From Guillardia theta CCMP2712 (lineage: Eukaryota > Protista > Cryptophyta): 64,000 nt of DNA. The translations under genes and the position numbers were made by a program. The notes under the pieces were generated by a model, which was not told the origin of the DNA, made no database searches, and was given only the letters and a program-made list of their open reading frames with translations. Of the stretch, positions 46,300 through 59,076 are shown in pieces. The first letter of the stretch is position 1; each line of letters opens with the position of its first letter. The stretch lies in assembly GCF_000315625.1 (NCBI RefSeq), contig NW_005434582.1, forward strand, positions 1 through 64,000, read 5' to 3'.

Positions 46300-47900
46300 T
46301 AAACATTAGTTTAGGCACAGCCTGTTGAACAGGGAAGAACCTGGTTTTGACGCTCCGGTACGCAGATGCGAAAGATCGTTCTGCTCGCAGCTGGCGCAGC
46401 TGCTCTCGTGGGTGATGCAGGAGCGTTCTCTTTCTCTTCAGGTAAAGATCACGGGTCCTCATCAGTCCATCATCTGGCTCTTGCGCTCTTCCCCGCTGAT
46501 CCTTTTGTAATGCTTCACCCAGTTCAAGCACGTAATCAGTAGATGTGCTCGATTCTCGTTTGTTTCACTTTGATGCTCTTGTCCCTTGTTTATTGCTGTC
46601 AACATCCTTTACACCGCAAGCTGTCTGCATGGCGCGCGGGGGGGATGGGGGATGGGGAAGGGGGGCCGTCATGACTGGGTGACAGGCTCGGCCGGGATGT
46701 CGCTTAGACCACGAACAAGTACCACAGCATGCGTTCGCTGCTTTCCTGCTCACGTGTCCATCCAGGCACCTGCTCCCTGAGAATGTCAGCTGAAAGCGTC
46801 GATGATGTGCTTGCCCGCGTTTCCTCCATGGAGGCGAAGGTGACCGACCCGCTGCAGCAATGTGCCATCAGTGTTTAGATGTGGCTGTTCAGGTCGAGAG
46901 TGTGCTCTCCAAGTCTGGTGCAAAAACTGCTAGCCCTCCTGCTCCGGCTCCCGCCAAGGTGACCTGAGCGTGCCATGTGAGATTTTGGATAACCGGTAGC
47001 CTACTGAGCAGGAAGAGCCCAAGAAGGAGGAGCCGAAGAAGGTCGAGGCAAAGAAGGAGGAGCCGAAGAAGGTCGAGGCAAAGAAGGAAGAGCCGAAGAA
47101 GGAGGAGCCGAAGAAGGAGGAGCCGAAGAAGGAGGAGCCGAAGGTCGAAGCAAAGAAGGAAGAGCCGAAGAAGGAGGAGCCGAAGAAGGTCGAGGCAAAG
47201 AAGGAGGAGCCGAAGAAGGAGGAGCCGAAGAAGGAGGAGGCCAAGAAGGAGAAGGCTAGCGTGGAGGTGAAAGCGGAGAGCAAGCAAGATGCCGAAGCTT
47301 TGGCTGCGAAGGCGAAGGTAGAGGACGAAAAGACTAACGACACCTCGCTTAACCTTTTGTCGGCAGGAGGACTCCGCAAAGGAGCTGCAGAAGACGATCC
47401 AGAAGATGGAGGAGGACAGGAAGATGGCTGAGGAGAAGGCGAAGGTCAGTGCCAAGTTGTATCATGCGAGTGCACTCACTTTCACCTCGCAGGCTTCAAT
47501 GCCCGCGGCCTTGAAGGAGCAGGTAGACTCCAGGAATCGCCATGTTGCTGCTGTGCTTACACACCCGGCAGGCTGCTCTCAACGACATCTCGAGCTCTGC
47601 TTACGACAAGCTGAAGAAGATCTCTTCAGCAGGTGAACGAACAGAACCAGCGCCCTCCACTCTGATCTGCTTCCTTGACCAGCCCTCGATCGCCTCGGGT
47701 CAGGCCGGCCTGCTGCGTCCCTGGGAGGAAGTGATTTGGGGAAGTACAGGCAAGTTGTTGTCTGCAACGTGTGTATTTGATGTCATTAATGGCTGGACAG
47801 GGAGGAGCGTCTCAACGCCTTGCGTCAATCTTTGTCGCAGATGGGTCTCAAGTGATTTCTACTTGTCACGCTCACGATCGCAGCTTGTCGGCGATTGACA
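46300..47900 (+). CDS. Hypothetical multi-exon protein with (K/E/P) EEPKK repeats; possible signal peptide ending AGAF
   Basis: Exons ESVDDVLARVSSMEAK, VESVLSKSGAK, EEPKK repeats and EDSAKELQKTIQKMEEDRK. Boundaries approximate. Confidence 0.5.
47011..47250 (+). repeat. 15-bp coding repeat (GAGGAGCCGAAGAAG and variants)
   Basis: Seen directly. Confidence 0.9.
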
Positions 47901-48201
47901 ATGGCTTCAGTTTTGACTTGTGATGGCAATAAATCAATACCAACACTGAATGAGATCAGCTCCCAATGAGTAGAAGCTGGGAGGAAGGCACCACGGGTTA
48001 GTTGAAGGTCCACGGACAGGAAGAGCAATTATGCTCTACCGAACAAATCACACAACAGTGGACCGAAAAGGTTGTTTTTTTAAACTTGGTCTTGTACCAT
48101 GAACGATGAATAATTTCAGATCAGAGGTTTATTTTCTCAGTACATATCTTACATACATATCTACAAGTCCCAATGCGCGAATCAGACATACCACCCCGTT
48201 G

Positions 48202-48477
48202 TCATCTTCCCTCCTCCGGCCTCCCTACGCATGGAAGCTCCGCCTCCCGCCCCCCCCCTTCTACCGCCCGGATTGCATCCTCCACAAGCTCGATCGACCG
48301 CCACAGCGCCATAAGCTGCTTCCTCCTATGCTGGCGCAACTCGGCCCACTTCTTGTCGCTCAGTCCGAAGGGAGGCTGTCCAGCAGCATCATGAGCGTCT
48401 TGGTAGGAGGAGGCATCCTGGTGTGCACTTGGCACGCCATCGAAGTCGCAGGGAGCGGGATCGTGGACAGCCGGCAT
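48202..48477 (-). CDS. Small unknown protein family, copy 1 (91 aa)
   Basis: Intronless; near-identical to copy 2; TATA-like CATAAATA upstream on the minus strand. Confidence 0.75.
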   Translation of the reverse strand: MPAVHDPAPCDFDGVPSAHQDASSYQDAHDAAGQPPFGLSDKKWAELRQHRRKQLMALWRSIELVEDAIRAVEGGGREAELPCVGRPEEGR

Positions 48478-48999
48478 GGTAGAGCGCGAGTTGGAGAGGA
48501 GGATCGAGGAGGAGTATTTATGAGGACGAGGCGGTGCGAATGAGTGTTAACTCTGTCACGCGCCTGTAGGATGTCAGCAACTGCCCCACCGATGCAGTCT
48601 GGGATTCATCTGCTGACAAGTTACCTGATATCGGATTCAAGTCACGATTTCGACATGGCTCACATGGGTTGACTTTTTGGGGGAATGAAATCATCGAGCC
48701 TGCCTCATTAGACCACTCGGAGGCATCACACAGTTATTAAATAGGCCAGTTGACTCATCAATGTCTCTGCCCGCGTTCTGGAGGAACATCGGTGTTAGTG
48801 ACGCCGACGGTCACGATTGTTGACAGTAGTAAAACTTCAGCGGGCCATGATAACATCATGACTGATGACATCTATCCTCAGGAACGCATCGGTACAGCGT
48901 TATGTCTCAGATCCAAACCGTCATCATCTGACATCTCGAAGAAGTCGAGCCCCCCGAAGGCTACGTAAAGGTTGCCCAGCTTCCTGCCCTCAATCACCC

Positions 49000-49275
49000 A
49001 TGCCGGCTGTCCACGTTCCCGCTCCCTGCGACTTCGATGGCGTGCCAAGTGCACACCAGGATGCCTCCTCCTACCAAGACGCTCCTGATGCTGCTGGACA
49101 GCCTCCCTTCGGACTGAGCGACAAGAAGTGGGCCGAGATGCACCAGCATAGGAGGAAGCAGCTTATGGCGCTGTGGCGGTCGATCGAGCTTGTGGAGGAT
49201 GCGATACGGGCGGTAGAAGGGGAGGGGCGGGAGGCGGAGCTTCCATGCGTAGGGAGGCCGGAGGAGCGAAGATGA
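49000..49275 (+). CDS. Small unknown protein family, copy 2 (91 aa), divergent from copy 1
   Basis: MPAVHVPAPCDFDG...PFGLSDKKWAEMHQHRRKQLMALWRSIELVEDAIRAVE. Confidence 0.75.
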   Translation: MPAVHVPAPCDFDGVPSAHQDASSYQDAPDAAGQPPFGLSDKKWAEMHQHRRKQLMALWRSIELVEDAIRAVEGEGREAELPCVGRPEERR

Positions 49276-49966
49276 CGATGAACAACGAATTTTCAAGCGT
49301 TCTGGGATGTACATATGTAGACTGGGGACATTGTTTAAGATGTGATTTTTCAAGAATATTAAAAGTCTTCTTCATGTGAACTTCTGCTTTCGTGACACAG
49401 TTATGGGGGCGGTGATCTTCTGTTCAGGATGCACTTGACAGCACGATCTTTGATCGAACACGGTCTCGAGCAAGGAGATGTTGAGGTCGAATCGAGCATG
49501 TCATGTCTTCCCCGTCCATGATGTGTGGAAGGCATTGGTAGAAAAGACTCTACCGCTATCGAGTCAACATCGCTCCTCCTCCTGGTCGATAATCACTGGT
49601 CCGAAAGACACCAGTCTCAACTCCGACGGCCGGTCAATCGCCGCCATGGACCTGTGTTGAGAGCGATCTTTGGGACAGTCAAGGAGGGGTCGAGCTGATG
49701 GGGCAATCGCCCGTGGATCTGTCGGGAAAGTTTGCGGGCCAGCTGCACACATGGCGGGAAGGAAAACCTCCCGACAGGACAGCGATGGCACTGCGAGCAA
49801 GTAGTCGTTCACGTCACTCCTTGCATGGAGTAGAGACTGAGGGACCGAAGATGGAGTCTGCCTCAGGCAATCTTTTTGAAATGTTTTGAAGGCAGTAAAA
49901 ATCATCCTTTTGACAAAGTTGAGGCAGGAAAAGATCTCCAGTGAGGCAGCCCCGCCTTGAGAATGG

Positions 49967-52591
49967 ATGAGGCCGATGCGCCTCATGGCAGGGTGGTGGT
50001 TGTGCCTCTTGGCCATGAGCGCGCAGAGGCGATGGGGATCAGCGAGCGATGCTGCTGCTGGAGATGAAGGGCCCTGCCCCATCTTCTCCTCTCATCGCTC
50101 GTCACCATGCCATCTTGTCCTGCTGGCATGCCGGCGGACCATGGCTCTGCGAGGCGGGGAAGGTTCAGAGGAGCCTGGCGAAGGATGGGTCAGGATTGGG
50201 CAGGAGGATAGCGAAGAATCAAACGCAGGCAGCCTTGATGTGCATGCGGAACAGGGGGAACACGACTCTGTGAACTCCCGCGTCGATGCCTCCGAGGAGC
50301 TCGAGGTCGACGACGACGACGATGATGTGGAGGGGATGGGAGCATCGAACTCTCTGCCAGCCCGTGAGGCAGCATCTCCTCTTCCAGTTGTAGGCTGACA
50401 TCGGAGCAGATGGTGGAGACGATGAGAATGTTGGCGAAGAAGGTGCAAGCTCCTCACGATCTTCTCCTCCCCCCACAGGCGAGACTGCCCCTTTGTTCTG
50501 CGCAGAGCTGACATGTCCATAGAAGGGGCTCCCGCTGAGGATCAGCAGCCATGGAGGTCAGAGGCTGTGCTCAACTCCTCGAACGTCACCTTGCTGAACG
50601 AGAACTTCCTGCTCGCGTCACAACATGGTGACGGACTGAGTGCAATCGACTTGCTGCAGGCAAGCTTTGATCACTGACTGAAGGGATGTGTGCCTAGCTC
50701 CCCCGCTGACCAGCCCTGCAGGCCGGAGCAGACCTTTATGCTCGAGAGACTGGCGACTTTGGTCTCGAAAACTGGACGGCACTTCACTTCGCAGCGTCGC
50801 GAGGAAAGACAGCGACATGTGCAGTGAGTGATGAATCATTCGCACGGATGAAGAGATGTGACAAGATACAACAGAGGCTGGTAGAGTATGGGCTTGACGC
50901 CAACGTCGGAGATGCATTCAATGCTACACCTCTACATTATGCTGCCTGCCGGTCAGCTATCTTGAACTGATCAGCTCTCCGCTAAGTCATCACTGTTTTT
51001 CAGGGGGAGAACGTCCACATGTAACACTCTTGTCAGCTTAGGGTCGAACCTAGAGGCTGTCACAGGTGCCAACAACCTGCAGTGAGCACCACTGATCTAC
51101 ATGCCATGCCCTAGAACCTGCTAGATATACACCGCTGCATTATGCTGCCATGTCCAAGAACAAAGGAACTTGTGTCAGGCTTCTGTGTTTGGGTATGCAG
51201 AAACCTTGCAAGAGAGATGTTGCTGATTGGTGTAACTAGGTGCCGATATCTTTGCAAAGAACTTCTGGGGGCAAACGCCAAGAGACGTAAACCTTACCTG
51301 ACATCGTTCCTGGGGCGGACTACCAATGTTTTAAACATGCAGGTGGCGCTAGAGACAAAGGATGAAGACACGGCTCGAACGTTATCCAGGCTAGAAACGA
51401 AAATTGTACTCCCCTGATCCAGCTCTATGTCACGCTTTGACCGGCGTCATCAGGAGCTCGGGCAGTTCCGTGCTGACGACGGTCGGAAGGAGAGGGAGGA
51501 GGCTTGGAGGCAGCAGAGAGTAGCCGTGGAGTCGAAGAACAAGAGGCAACACTGCGACAACGACCGCGTGCTTGTGATTCGAAACCTGCCCTCAAACACC
51601 AAGGTGAGGCCCTTTCCCTTGCCAACTTCAGCTCCGACACTGACGGGTTTTCTGTTTGCAGGAGGACGATCTGAGGGAGCACTTTCACAAGCTGGGCCTC
51701 CAGGACCCGAAGCGCATCAACTTGTGCCTGAAACGGCTCAGCGTTGGTCCCATGTCTTCTCCTAAGAAGTGCTCCGCGATCGTCGAATGCTTCTCAGCGA
51801 TGGAAGCAGATCAGGCAGTGAAAGGGCTCAACTGTACCATGGTTGTCGCCGTCCCTTGCTTTCTGATCCTGCTGACGCCCTTGCTGTGTAGTTCTCTTCT
51901 AGCTTGCATGCGACTTTATTCAGAATCTTTGCATCACACTACAGACCTTTGCAGCCGGAGGAAATTCAGGAAATGGAGGACAAGAGACGGCAAGCAGAAG
52001 CAAGTCGCCTTTTCGTGGGTAACCTCCTTGATCGTGCACTTTCATTGCAAACCTGACACGTGCTCAGCTGGTCTCAATCTGACAACTAGCGCGCAAGATC
52101 TCCGATCCCTCTTTTCAGTAGATGATTCATCTGTCAAAGCTCCCCTGAACAGCTTGTAGGCATATGGGCAGGTCAAAGAAGTCGCCTTGCTGCAGAAGCC
52201 TGGAATTAGCAAGAGCTTCCCCTCCACGAGACATGTCGATGACTCTTTCCAGGTGTGGGTGAAGTCAGAACTGCTATCGTGAAGATGGCAAACAAAGCCG
52301 ATGCGTTCAAGGCCATAAGGGAATGCTGCAAGGTACCATGCTCCCTTCGATATCCTCCCCTCTTGCTCGCTCACCCCCATCCTCCTCCCCACTCCTCCCC
52401 ACTCCTCCCATCAAGGCCACCTGCCGCCTTTACTCTGCCATATCATGTTCTTATCTCCGTCTCTGTGTCCCCCCCCCCCTTCCCCCCCCCCTTCCTTCAT
52501 TGCTCTGCAGATTCAGCTTCCGGGTGCGCCGCACAAGCTGAAGGTCAGGTTTGCGATCAAGCAGAGTTTGCGCCAGGGGCCAAGAAGATGA
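49967..52591 (+). CDS. Ankyrin-repeat + two-RRM protein with N-terminal signal peptide and LRGG motif (multi-exon)
   Basis: MAGWWLCLLAMSA...MALRGG; two TPLHYAA motifs; RRMs VLVIRNLPSNTK-EDDLREHF and GLNLTTSAQDLRSLFS-AYGQVKEV...KLKVRFA. Could be two genes. Confidence 0.7.
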
Positions 52592-53027
52592 AAAGACATC
52601 TTTTGACGATCAATGTTCTTTTTTGTAAAAGATTGTAAATTTGGAGAGCCACAATATTGTAGCTTTTCAAGAGTTCGCGGTCATGTCCCAGTGATTTATA
52701 ATATTTAGTTGTACTGAGTAAAATAGTTTTTTAAACCGGCAAAGGCATCAGAGCCAGAGGATGGAGGGAGCGAGAGGAGGAGGGAAGGAGGGCAAGAAAG
52801 GAGGGAAGGATGGAAGAAGGGGACGAGAAGAGCGGATAAGAATGCAAGAGATGTCATATCATGATCAGGAGTTTGATGAGGGAGCAATGCCTGCAACGAT
52901 AAGAACAACTGACAGGTTGCGAGAAATAAGAGCAGCAACGATACGCGATCAACTACAAGCGTAAATCGGGCGCAAACAGATGAATTCCTTCACCATAATG
53001 CAGTAAACTGATAGTATAGTGGTCTAC

Positions 53028-53593
53028 CTAGTGGACAAGAGCTGGAGAGGAAAGTAGAGGAGCGGTAGCTGAAGGATTGGAGGTAGTTATGTTTTGCGAC
53101 CGCTCATAGAAGCACGGAAAAACGCAGCTTCTACAGAGGGGTGAAAGTAAAACTGGCTTGCTTTTCAGTGAATCGAGCATGCTTCCCCACCAGAGTGGGC
53201 AGAATCTCCCTCTTGGAGGTAAATTGCTGTCTTGTCTTGTCCGTCTTCCCTTGTCCTCTCTGCTCCGCACGCTAGCTGCATAATCGTGCATGCGCTACCT
53301 GAGTAAAGGAGTAGCTGCTTCTCTTCAAACCTTTCACTTGGCTCTCAGCTGCTGCTGCTGCTGCTGCGTCTGCTGCGTCTGCTGCGTCTGCTGCGTCTGC
53401 TGCTGCTGCTCTGTGCTCAATGCCATTTCCTTATCCTCTTTCGTTGACGTCGATAGCAGTTCCTGCCCAGGATCTTTCAAACGCAGTCCCAGGAATCTAC
53501 TACAGTGCAGTTGACCCATCGCAGGTAAAGAAGACCAAGATATGTCAGGTTACCTGCTGCTGACAACCTTCTTGCAGACAGTTGTGCATCCAT
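53028..53593 (-). CDS. Hypothetical small multi-exon protein with Q/T repeat
   Basis: ATG at 53593 (MDAQLSARRLSAA), GT-AG introns, QQTQQT tract. Confidence 0.35.
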
Positions 53594-53996
53594 ATATGCT
53601 AGTCCCACCTGGCACCTATGAGGTTGTCACAGGATCTGAAAGAGTGATCTTTGTTCAATTGCGCTGAGTGTGTTTTGTGTTTGATTCCCATGCACGCTGG
53701 ATGTATGTTCTATCCTATCTTGGTTTTTCTGCTGGTGGTATTGTCTTGTCCGCCACCATCATCTTTCAGATGGCTGTCTAGGAGTTATTATGTATATCTA
53801 TGCGTCTTTCCCTCGTGTTGTATTTATTGCATGTCGTTCGCTCGAAATGCTTACACTCACTTCAAGGCGACCAACCAGTATGCAAGCACCATCGCCTCTA
53901 CGATCTCTGGAGATTCTCATACGGAGACTCACGCCGACAGTGAGGATTTTTGTGCAGCAAAGTTTGAGTGTTTACCTCCGCTTGTTCTCAGACAAC

Positions 53997-55264
53997 ATGG
54001 AAGCGGATACTGGAGTTAGAGACAGCCCGGGGCTTCAAGGATTGGTACGAGATTATTATAGGAATCTGGTAAAGCTGATGGTTGCGAGTTTTCGGTTCGT
54101 GCTGACATGTTTGTCAGATCCCTTTCCATGAGATTCAGAACTACCGACAGGAGCTTTCAGGCATGGATGACGGCGAAATGAAATGTTTTCGATGCTCCTC
54201 ACACCGTTTCCTTCTTTCGCCAGGGATGTTGGGTGATCTCGGGCTATACATTCCCCTCGTTGTCACTCTGTCGCTCCGAAAGCAGGTGTCTTCGGAAGCT
54301 CCTTTGCCTTGCTCACAGCCTTGCAGATCGGCCTAGCGCCAACTCTGATCTTTTCCGGCTTATCCAACATAATCACAGGGTAAGTTAGGAGGGAGTGAGC
54401 CAGTTTCATGGAGCATGTATGCTGCTTTCTGCTTGTGTAAGTTCTGTGAAATGTCTGGCGAGTCCTGTCAGCCTTGCTAGGAAGAGCGACAGGAAGTTGT
54501 CGAGAGGAACAGAGATAGAGTTTGTCTCGCCTCCTTGTCCCCGCGTGCTCCTCCACCTGTGCCATCATTCCACTGCGATGAGACGTCTAGAGGAAGCAGG
54601 GCAGGAGTTTTTGAATGACTGGCCGAATGCAGACTGACGTTCAAAGTCCCGATGTGCGTCCAGCCCATGAAGTCTATTGCTGCCGTCGCGCTGTCAAGCA
54701 ACTTGACTGAGTCCGAGGTGAATCAGGAGGAGGAGTTGTAGGAGCTAAGGGAGAGGAGGAGGAAGGTGCGCAGAAGGGAATGGAAGAGAGAGAAAGGAGG
54801 AGGGAGAACAGGAGGGGAGAGATCAAGAGGAGAGAAAAGAAAAGAGGAGAAGGGAGAGGAGAAGGCGAACAGTGGAAGGGATGCTGAGTGCAACCTGTTC
54901 AGATCATGGCGAGCGGCATACTGACGGGAGCGATAGTTCTCTTCCTGGGGCTTACCAACCTCATCACAGGAAACACACGAAAGCTCTTTTCCAAGACTGA
55001 CACTCCACTTGCAGTCATCAACAAGATCATTCCGAACTCAGTCGTCCGCGGGCTGCAGCTCGGACTTGCTCTCAAATTCTTCTCATCTGTGCGAAACGTT
55101 GGTGGTGCCATGTGGCTGCGTGACTTGCGCTGGTCAGGCGTTGAAGCTCCTTCATAACTCGGGCAAGCCGTCTTGGTCGTACGAGAACTGGGTGCACTGG
55201 GATGGCTACCTCATGGTTGGATCTTCCACCTCCACTCTCTGTTTGTCCCCTCCTCTTGTTCCTT

Positions 55265-55305
<41 letters not shown>

Positions 55306-57890
55306 ACTCCTGCTCTTTCTCTTGCCTTGTTTGCATGATCTGAACTTTTTGGCAGGGGATGTTTACCCTCTCGTTTGCTCTCGTCTTCGTTCGATCAAGG
55401 AACGTTCCCACCGCTCTTGTTCTCTTTCTCTTTGGCATCATCGTCGCTGCTGCCCGCGTGTATCTCCTGCCTCCTTCTGTTCCTCGTCTCTGACCTTGTT
55501 GTCAGTGCGCATGCTGGAGAAAAGATCGTATTCGCAGCCCCTGACGTACATGTAAGTGAGAACCAGGATCATGAAAGATGTTTATTTCCATCTCGCCACC
55601 CTTATCATGCTGTTCTCTCTACAGTTAGCAAACTCTGTTGCATCTCTGGTGACTTCATTGCAGGTTGTACACTTCACTCAGAACGACTTCAAGGTCGGGA
55701 TTCTCGAAGGAGCCATTCCGCAGGTACTACATCACCCAGAGCACTTGTTCTTAGATTCTGGACTATCAACACTCATCATCATGGCTGCTTCAACCATAGC
55801 AAACAAGATCATCATCATCCGTTTACGTTCTTCCTGCCCGTTTCAGCTTCCTCCTTCCTCCTTCTCTCCTACTGTCAGTCTGCTCTTATAACTGTCTTGA
55901 AGGTTCCGACAACCCTCCTTAACTCCTGCATTGCCGTCTGTCAGCTGGCAGAGGATCTCTACCCTCAGCGGCAGACGGGAGTTAACGTTCGCTCCGTCTC
56001 GACGTCGGTGTGTTTGCGAAGAGAGAGAAGAAAGAGAGACGAGAAAGGGGAGGGGGGAGAGGGGAGAGGGGAGAGGGGAGAGGGGAGAGGGGAGAGGGGA
56101 AGGGATAGAAACATAAAGCAGGAGAAATCGGAGTGGGAGGGGAGGTCGTGAGGGAGAATCTCAGGAATATAGATGGTGAGAGCGGAGTGGAGGAGGGGAG
56201 AAGGAGGAGAGAAGAGAGAGGAGAGGGGAAGGGAGGGTTGGAGGCAGAGATTTTGATGCAGGTTGGACTTATCAACATTATTTTCTGCTGGTTTGGTGGC
56301 ATGCCAATGTGCCATGGATCGGGAGGACTTGCAGGGCAACACCGGTGAGTAAACCCTCCTGTCCTGTCCTGTCCTGTCGTGTCGTGTCGTGTCGTGTCGT
56401 GTCGTGTCGTGTCCTGTCCTGTCCTGTCCTGTCGTGTCCTGTCCTGTCCTGTCCTGTCCTGTCCTGTCCTGTCCTGTCCTGTCCTGTCCTGTCCTGTCCT
56501 GTCCTGTCCTGTCCTGTCCTGTCCTGTCCTGTCCTGTCCTGTCCTGTCGTGTCCTCTTCCCCTTCACTTCTACTTTCCCGCTTCCTTCTCCTCCCTCTCC
56601 TCCTGCTGTATGATTCCTTCTATCCAGCTTTGGAGCGAGGACCAACCTCTCTATCATCATCCTTGGAACCTGCAAGTTCCTTCTCGGCCTTCTCTTCTCC
56701 GCCGGCCTCCTGGAACTCCTTAAGTTCTTCCCCCAAGCCATCCCTCTCCGCTCTCCTTGCGGTTCGAGACCATCCTCTTCCTTCTCCTCCTCCTCCTCCT
56801 CCTCCTCCTCCTCCTCCTCCTCCTCCTCCTCCTCCTTCTCCTTCTCCTTCTCCTTCTCCTTCCCTCTCCTCTGTCTCATCTCCCCATTCCTCTCCCTCTC
56901 TCCTTCTCTCCCTCTCGTCTCTCTCCCCCAATTCCACCCCTAACGATTTCCTTGTAGCTCTCCTCTTTCGAGCTCGGAGCCGCTTCCCGCAGCGGGATGG
57001 TGATTCATCTACCTTCCTCCTGTCGCTCTGCACTCCACCTTCTCCTGCGTTTGTCTTCCACATTTCATCCTACCCACCTATCAACTTCCTCCTGCTCCTT
57101 TTGCCCTGAACCCCTCGCTCCTTTTCTCCACTCAACAGCATCTGCTTCCTTCTTCTATCCAAACCATACCAGATCCCCTTCTTCTTCCCTTCTTGACCAC
57201 CTGGCCTTCTCCCTTTTTCACCTCTCTCTTCCCCCACGACTCTCCTCCCCTCGCTCATCCCTTCTAATCTGTCTCGCTCCCTCACGGCCTGACTCTCACC
57301 TTGTACCTTCCAGAGCGGCAGCCCTGATGAGATCCGAGCCTACCTGGTCACCTGTTGCTTCACAGCCTTCATGGGAACCTCGGAAGGATTCGTCATCGGC
57401 CTTGTTGCTTATTACGTGATCTCGTCCTTGTCCTTGTCCTCGGCCTCGTCGTCCTCGTCGTCGTCCTCCTACCTGCCCTCCTCCTACTTCTCGTCCTCGT
57501 CCCTCCCTTCCTCCTTCTCCTTCTCCTTCCTTCTCGCCTGCCAACACCTAACTTGCTCTCCTGGTTCTTGACCTTATTCCCTCCCCTCTCATTCTTTTCT
57601 CCTCCGCCTATGACCCTTCTTCCCTCAGCTCGTAGCGTTCTTCTCCATGTTCGTCGGAAGCGATGAAGCTATCGAGGAGGTAGCCTCCTCCTCCCCCTCC
57701 CCCCTTCTCTCCTCCTTCCTCTCTTCTTCCTCTCAGCCTCGCTTTCTGTTTTTCCCTCCTTTCATCGTCCTCGCAGGCCCGCAGCAACATGCGCACCATG
57801 AAGTCTGACCTAGTCAAGTACTTGACCTCCATCCAGCCTCCTACCTTCTCCTCCCGCCAGTGGAAGCGCTCCAGCCTCTCCTCCAGCTGA
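53997..57890 (+). CDS. MOT1: Molybdate transporter, MOT1 family (multi-exon)
   Basis: ELSG-MLGDLGLYIPL, PMCVQPMKSIAAVAL, IPNSVVRGLQLGLAL, GAIPQ-VPTTLLNSCIAVC and FGGMPMCHGSGGLAGQHR-FGART. Confidence 0.9.
56357..56553. repeat. (TGTCC/TGTCG)n pentamer repeat forming most of a MOT1 intron
   Basis: Seen directly. Confidence 0.95.
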
Positions 57891-58392
57891 TCTCCTCCCC
57901 CAGCTGTCAGCCTGAGCTGAGAACATGCTGGGAGATACTCTCAGCAGTTGTTGGCCTGCTGATCAGCGCCATGTTCGATGTTCAGAGATGTCAAGAGGGG
58001 AACGAACTGAGCTCTGAGTAAAAAGGCTTCCCCCCACCCCTCACGATGACTTCACCGCTCCTCACAGTGACAGCAGCCGTGCAGTGACGCGGCTCCAAGG
58101 AGGAGGGCAGGATGGAGGAGAGAGGAGGAGAAGCAAGGAAGCAGCAGGGTCGATCAGAGCAGAGAATCCCCTGGCATATCTTCTGAACCAGGTTCAGAGT
58201 TCACGTCAACCGGGAGCATTGTCGTCTCAGTTGAGTTCGGATCATCGTTTCAAGGCTGCAAATCGATACAAGGACCCTTCTATGATCATCACCGGATTCG
58301 ATTCATTCACATCTTACATAGATACCTATTCGCATTAATATCCCCTTATTTACATCCTTCAAAGAATAAGTGCCCGCTGACTCCCTTCCTCG

Positions 58393-58665
58393 TCATCGTC
58401 TATCCCCCGGCCTCCCTACGCATGGAAGCTCCGCCTCCCGCCCCTCCCCTTCTGCCGCCCGTATCGCATCCTCCACAAGCTCGATCGACCGCCAAAGCGC
58501 CATCAGCTGCTTCCTCTTATGCTGACTCATATCTGCCCACTTCTTGTCGCTCAGTCCGAAGGGATACTTTGCTGCTTCTGCTCCTCCTGTAGGCACGTCT
58601 TGGTAGGAGGAGGCATCGGGCTGCGCTCGTGCGTCGAGCATGGAACGAACGTGGGTGGGGGACAT
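58393..58665 (-). CDS. Small unknown protein family, copy 3 (90 aa, diverged N-terminus)
   Basis: DASSYQD...PFGLSDKKWADMSQHKRKQLMALWRSIELVEDAIRAAEGEGREAELPCVGRP. Confidence 0.75.
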   Translation of the reverse strand: MSPTHVRSMLDARAQPDASSYQDVPTGGAEAAKYPFGLSDKKWADMSQHKRKQLMALWRSIELVEDAIRAAEGEGREAELPCVGRPGDRR

Positions 58666-59076
58666 GAATGTTGGGGAGGGAAGGGGAGCAGATTGAAATG
58701 GAGGAGGAGGACGGGGGAGGACGGGGGCGGCCTGACCTCACGTCATCATATCTACGAAAAAGATTATTTTCGATAGCTACATGCATCGAATCGATGCGAT
58801 CATGGACTTTGGTACCCTGACGTAAATCTCTGGTCACGATTTCGACATGGCCTGGGAGGGCCTGACTTTTTACTACCTATGGCGACATGAGTTGCAGCAG
58901 GCTCGCCTCAGTGTGTTCGGGCCCCGGGCCCGGAGTAGGCTCAGTCACTCGGAAGTTTTCGTAACGGCAATGATAACTGACGACTCTTCGGCTCGTCGGC
59001 ATAGAAACGAAGGTGGGTGGAAGGAATGATGCCTGACGCAGACGAAGCCGAACCAATGCTGGAGAATGCCAGTGAA

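Noticed and set aside
55965-57109. QDRTG / VLSCP repeat ORFs
   Set aside because: Pentamer repeat inside a MOT1 intron.
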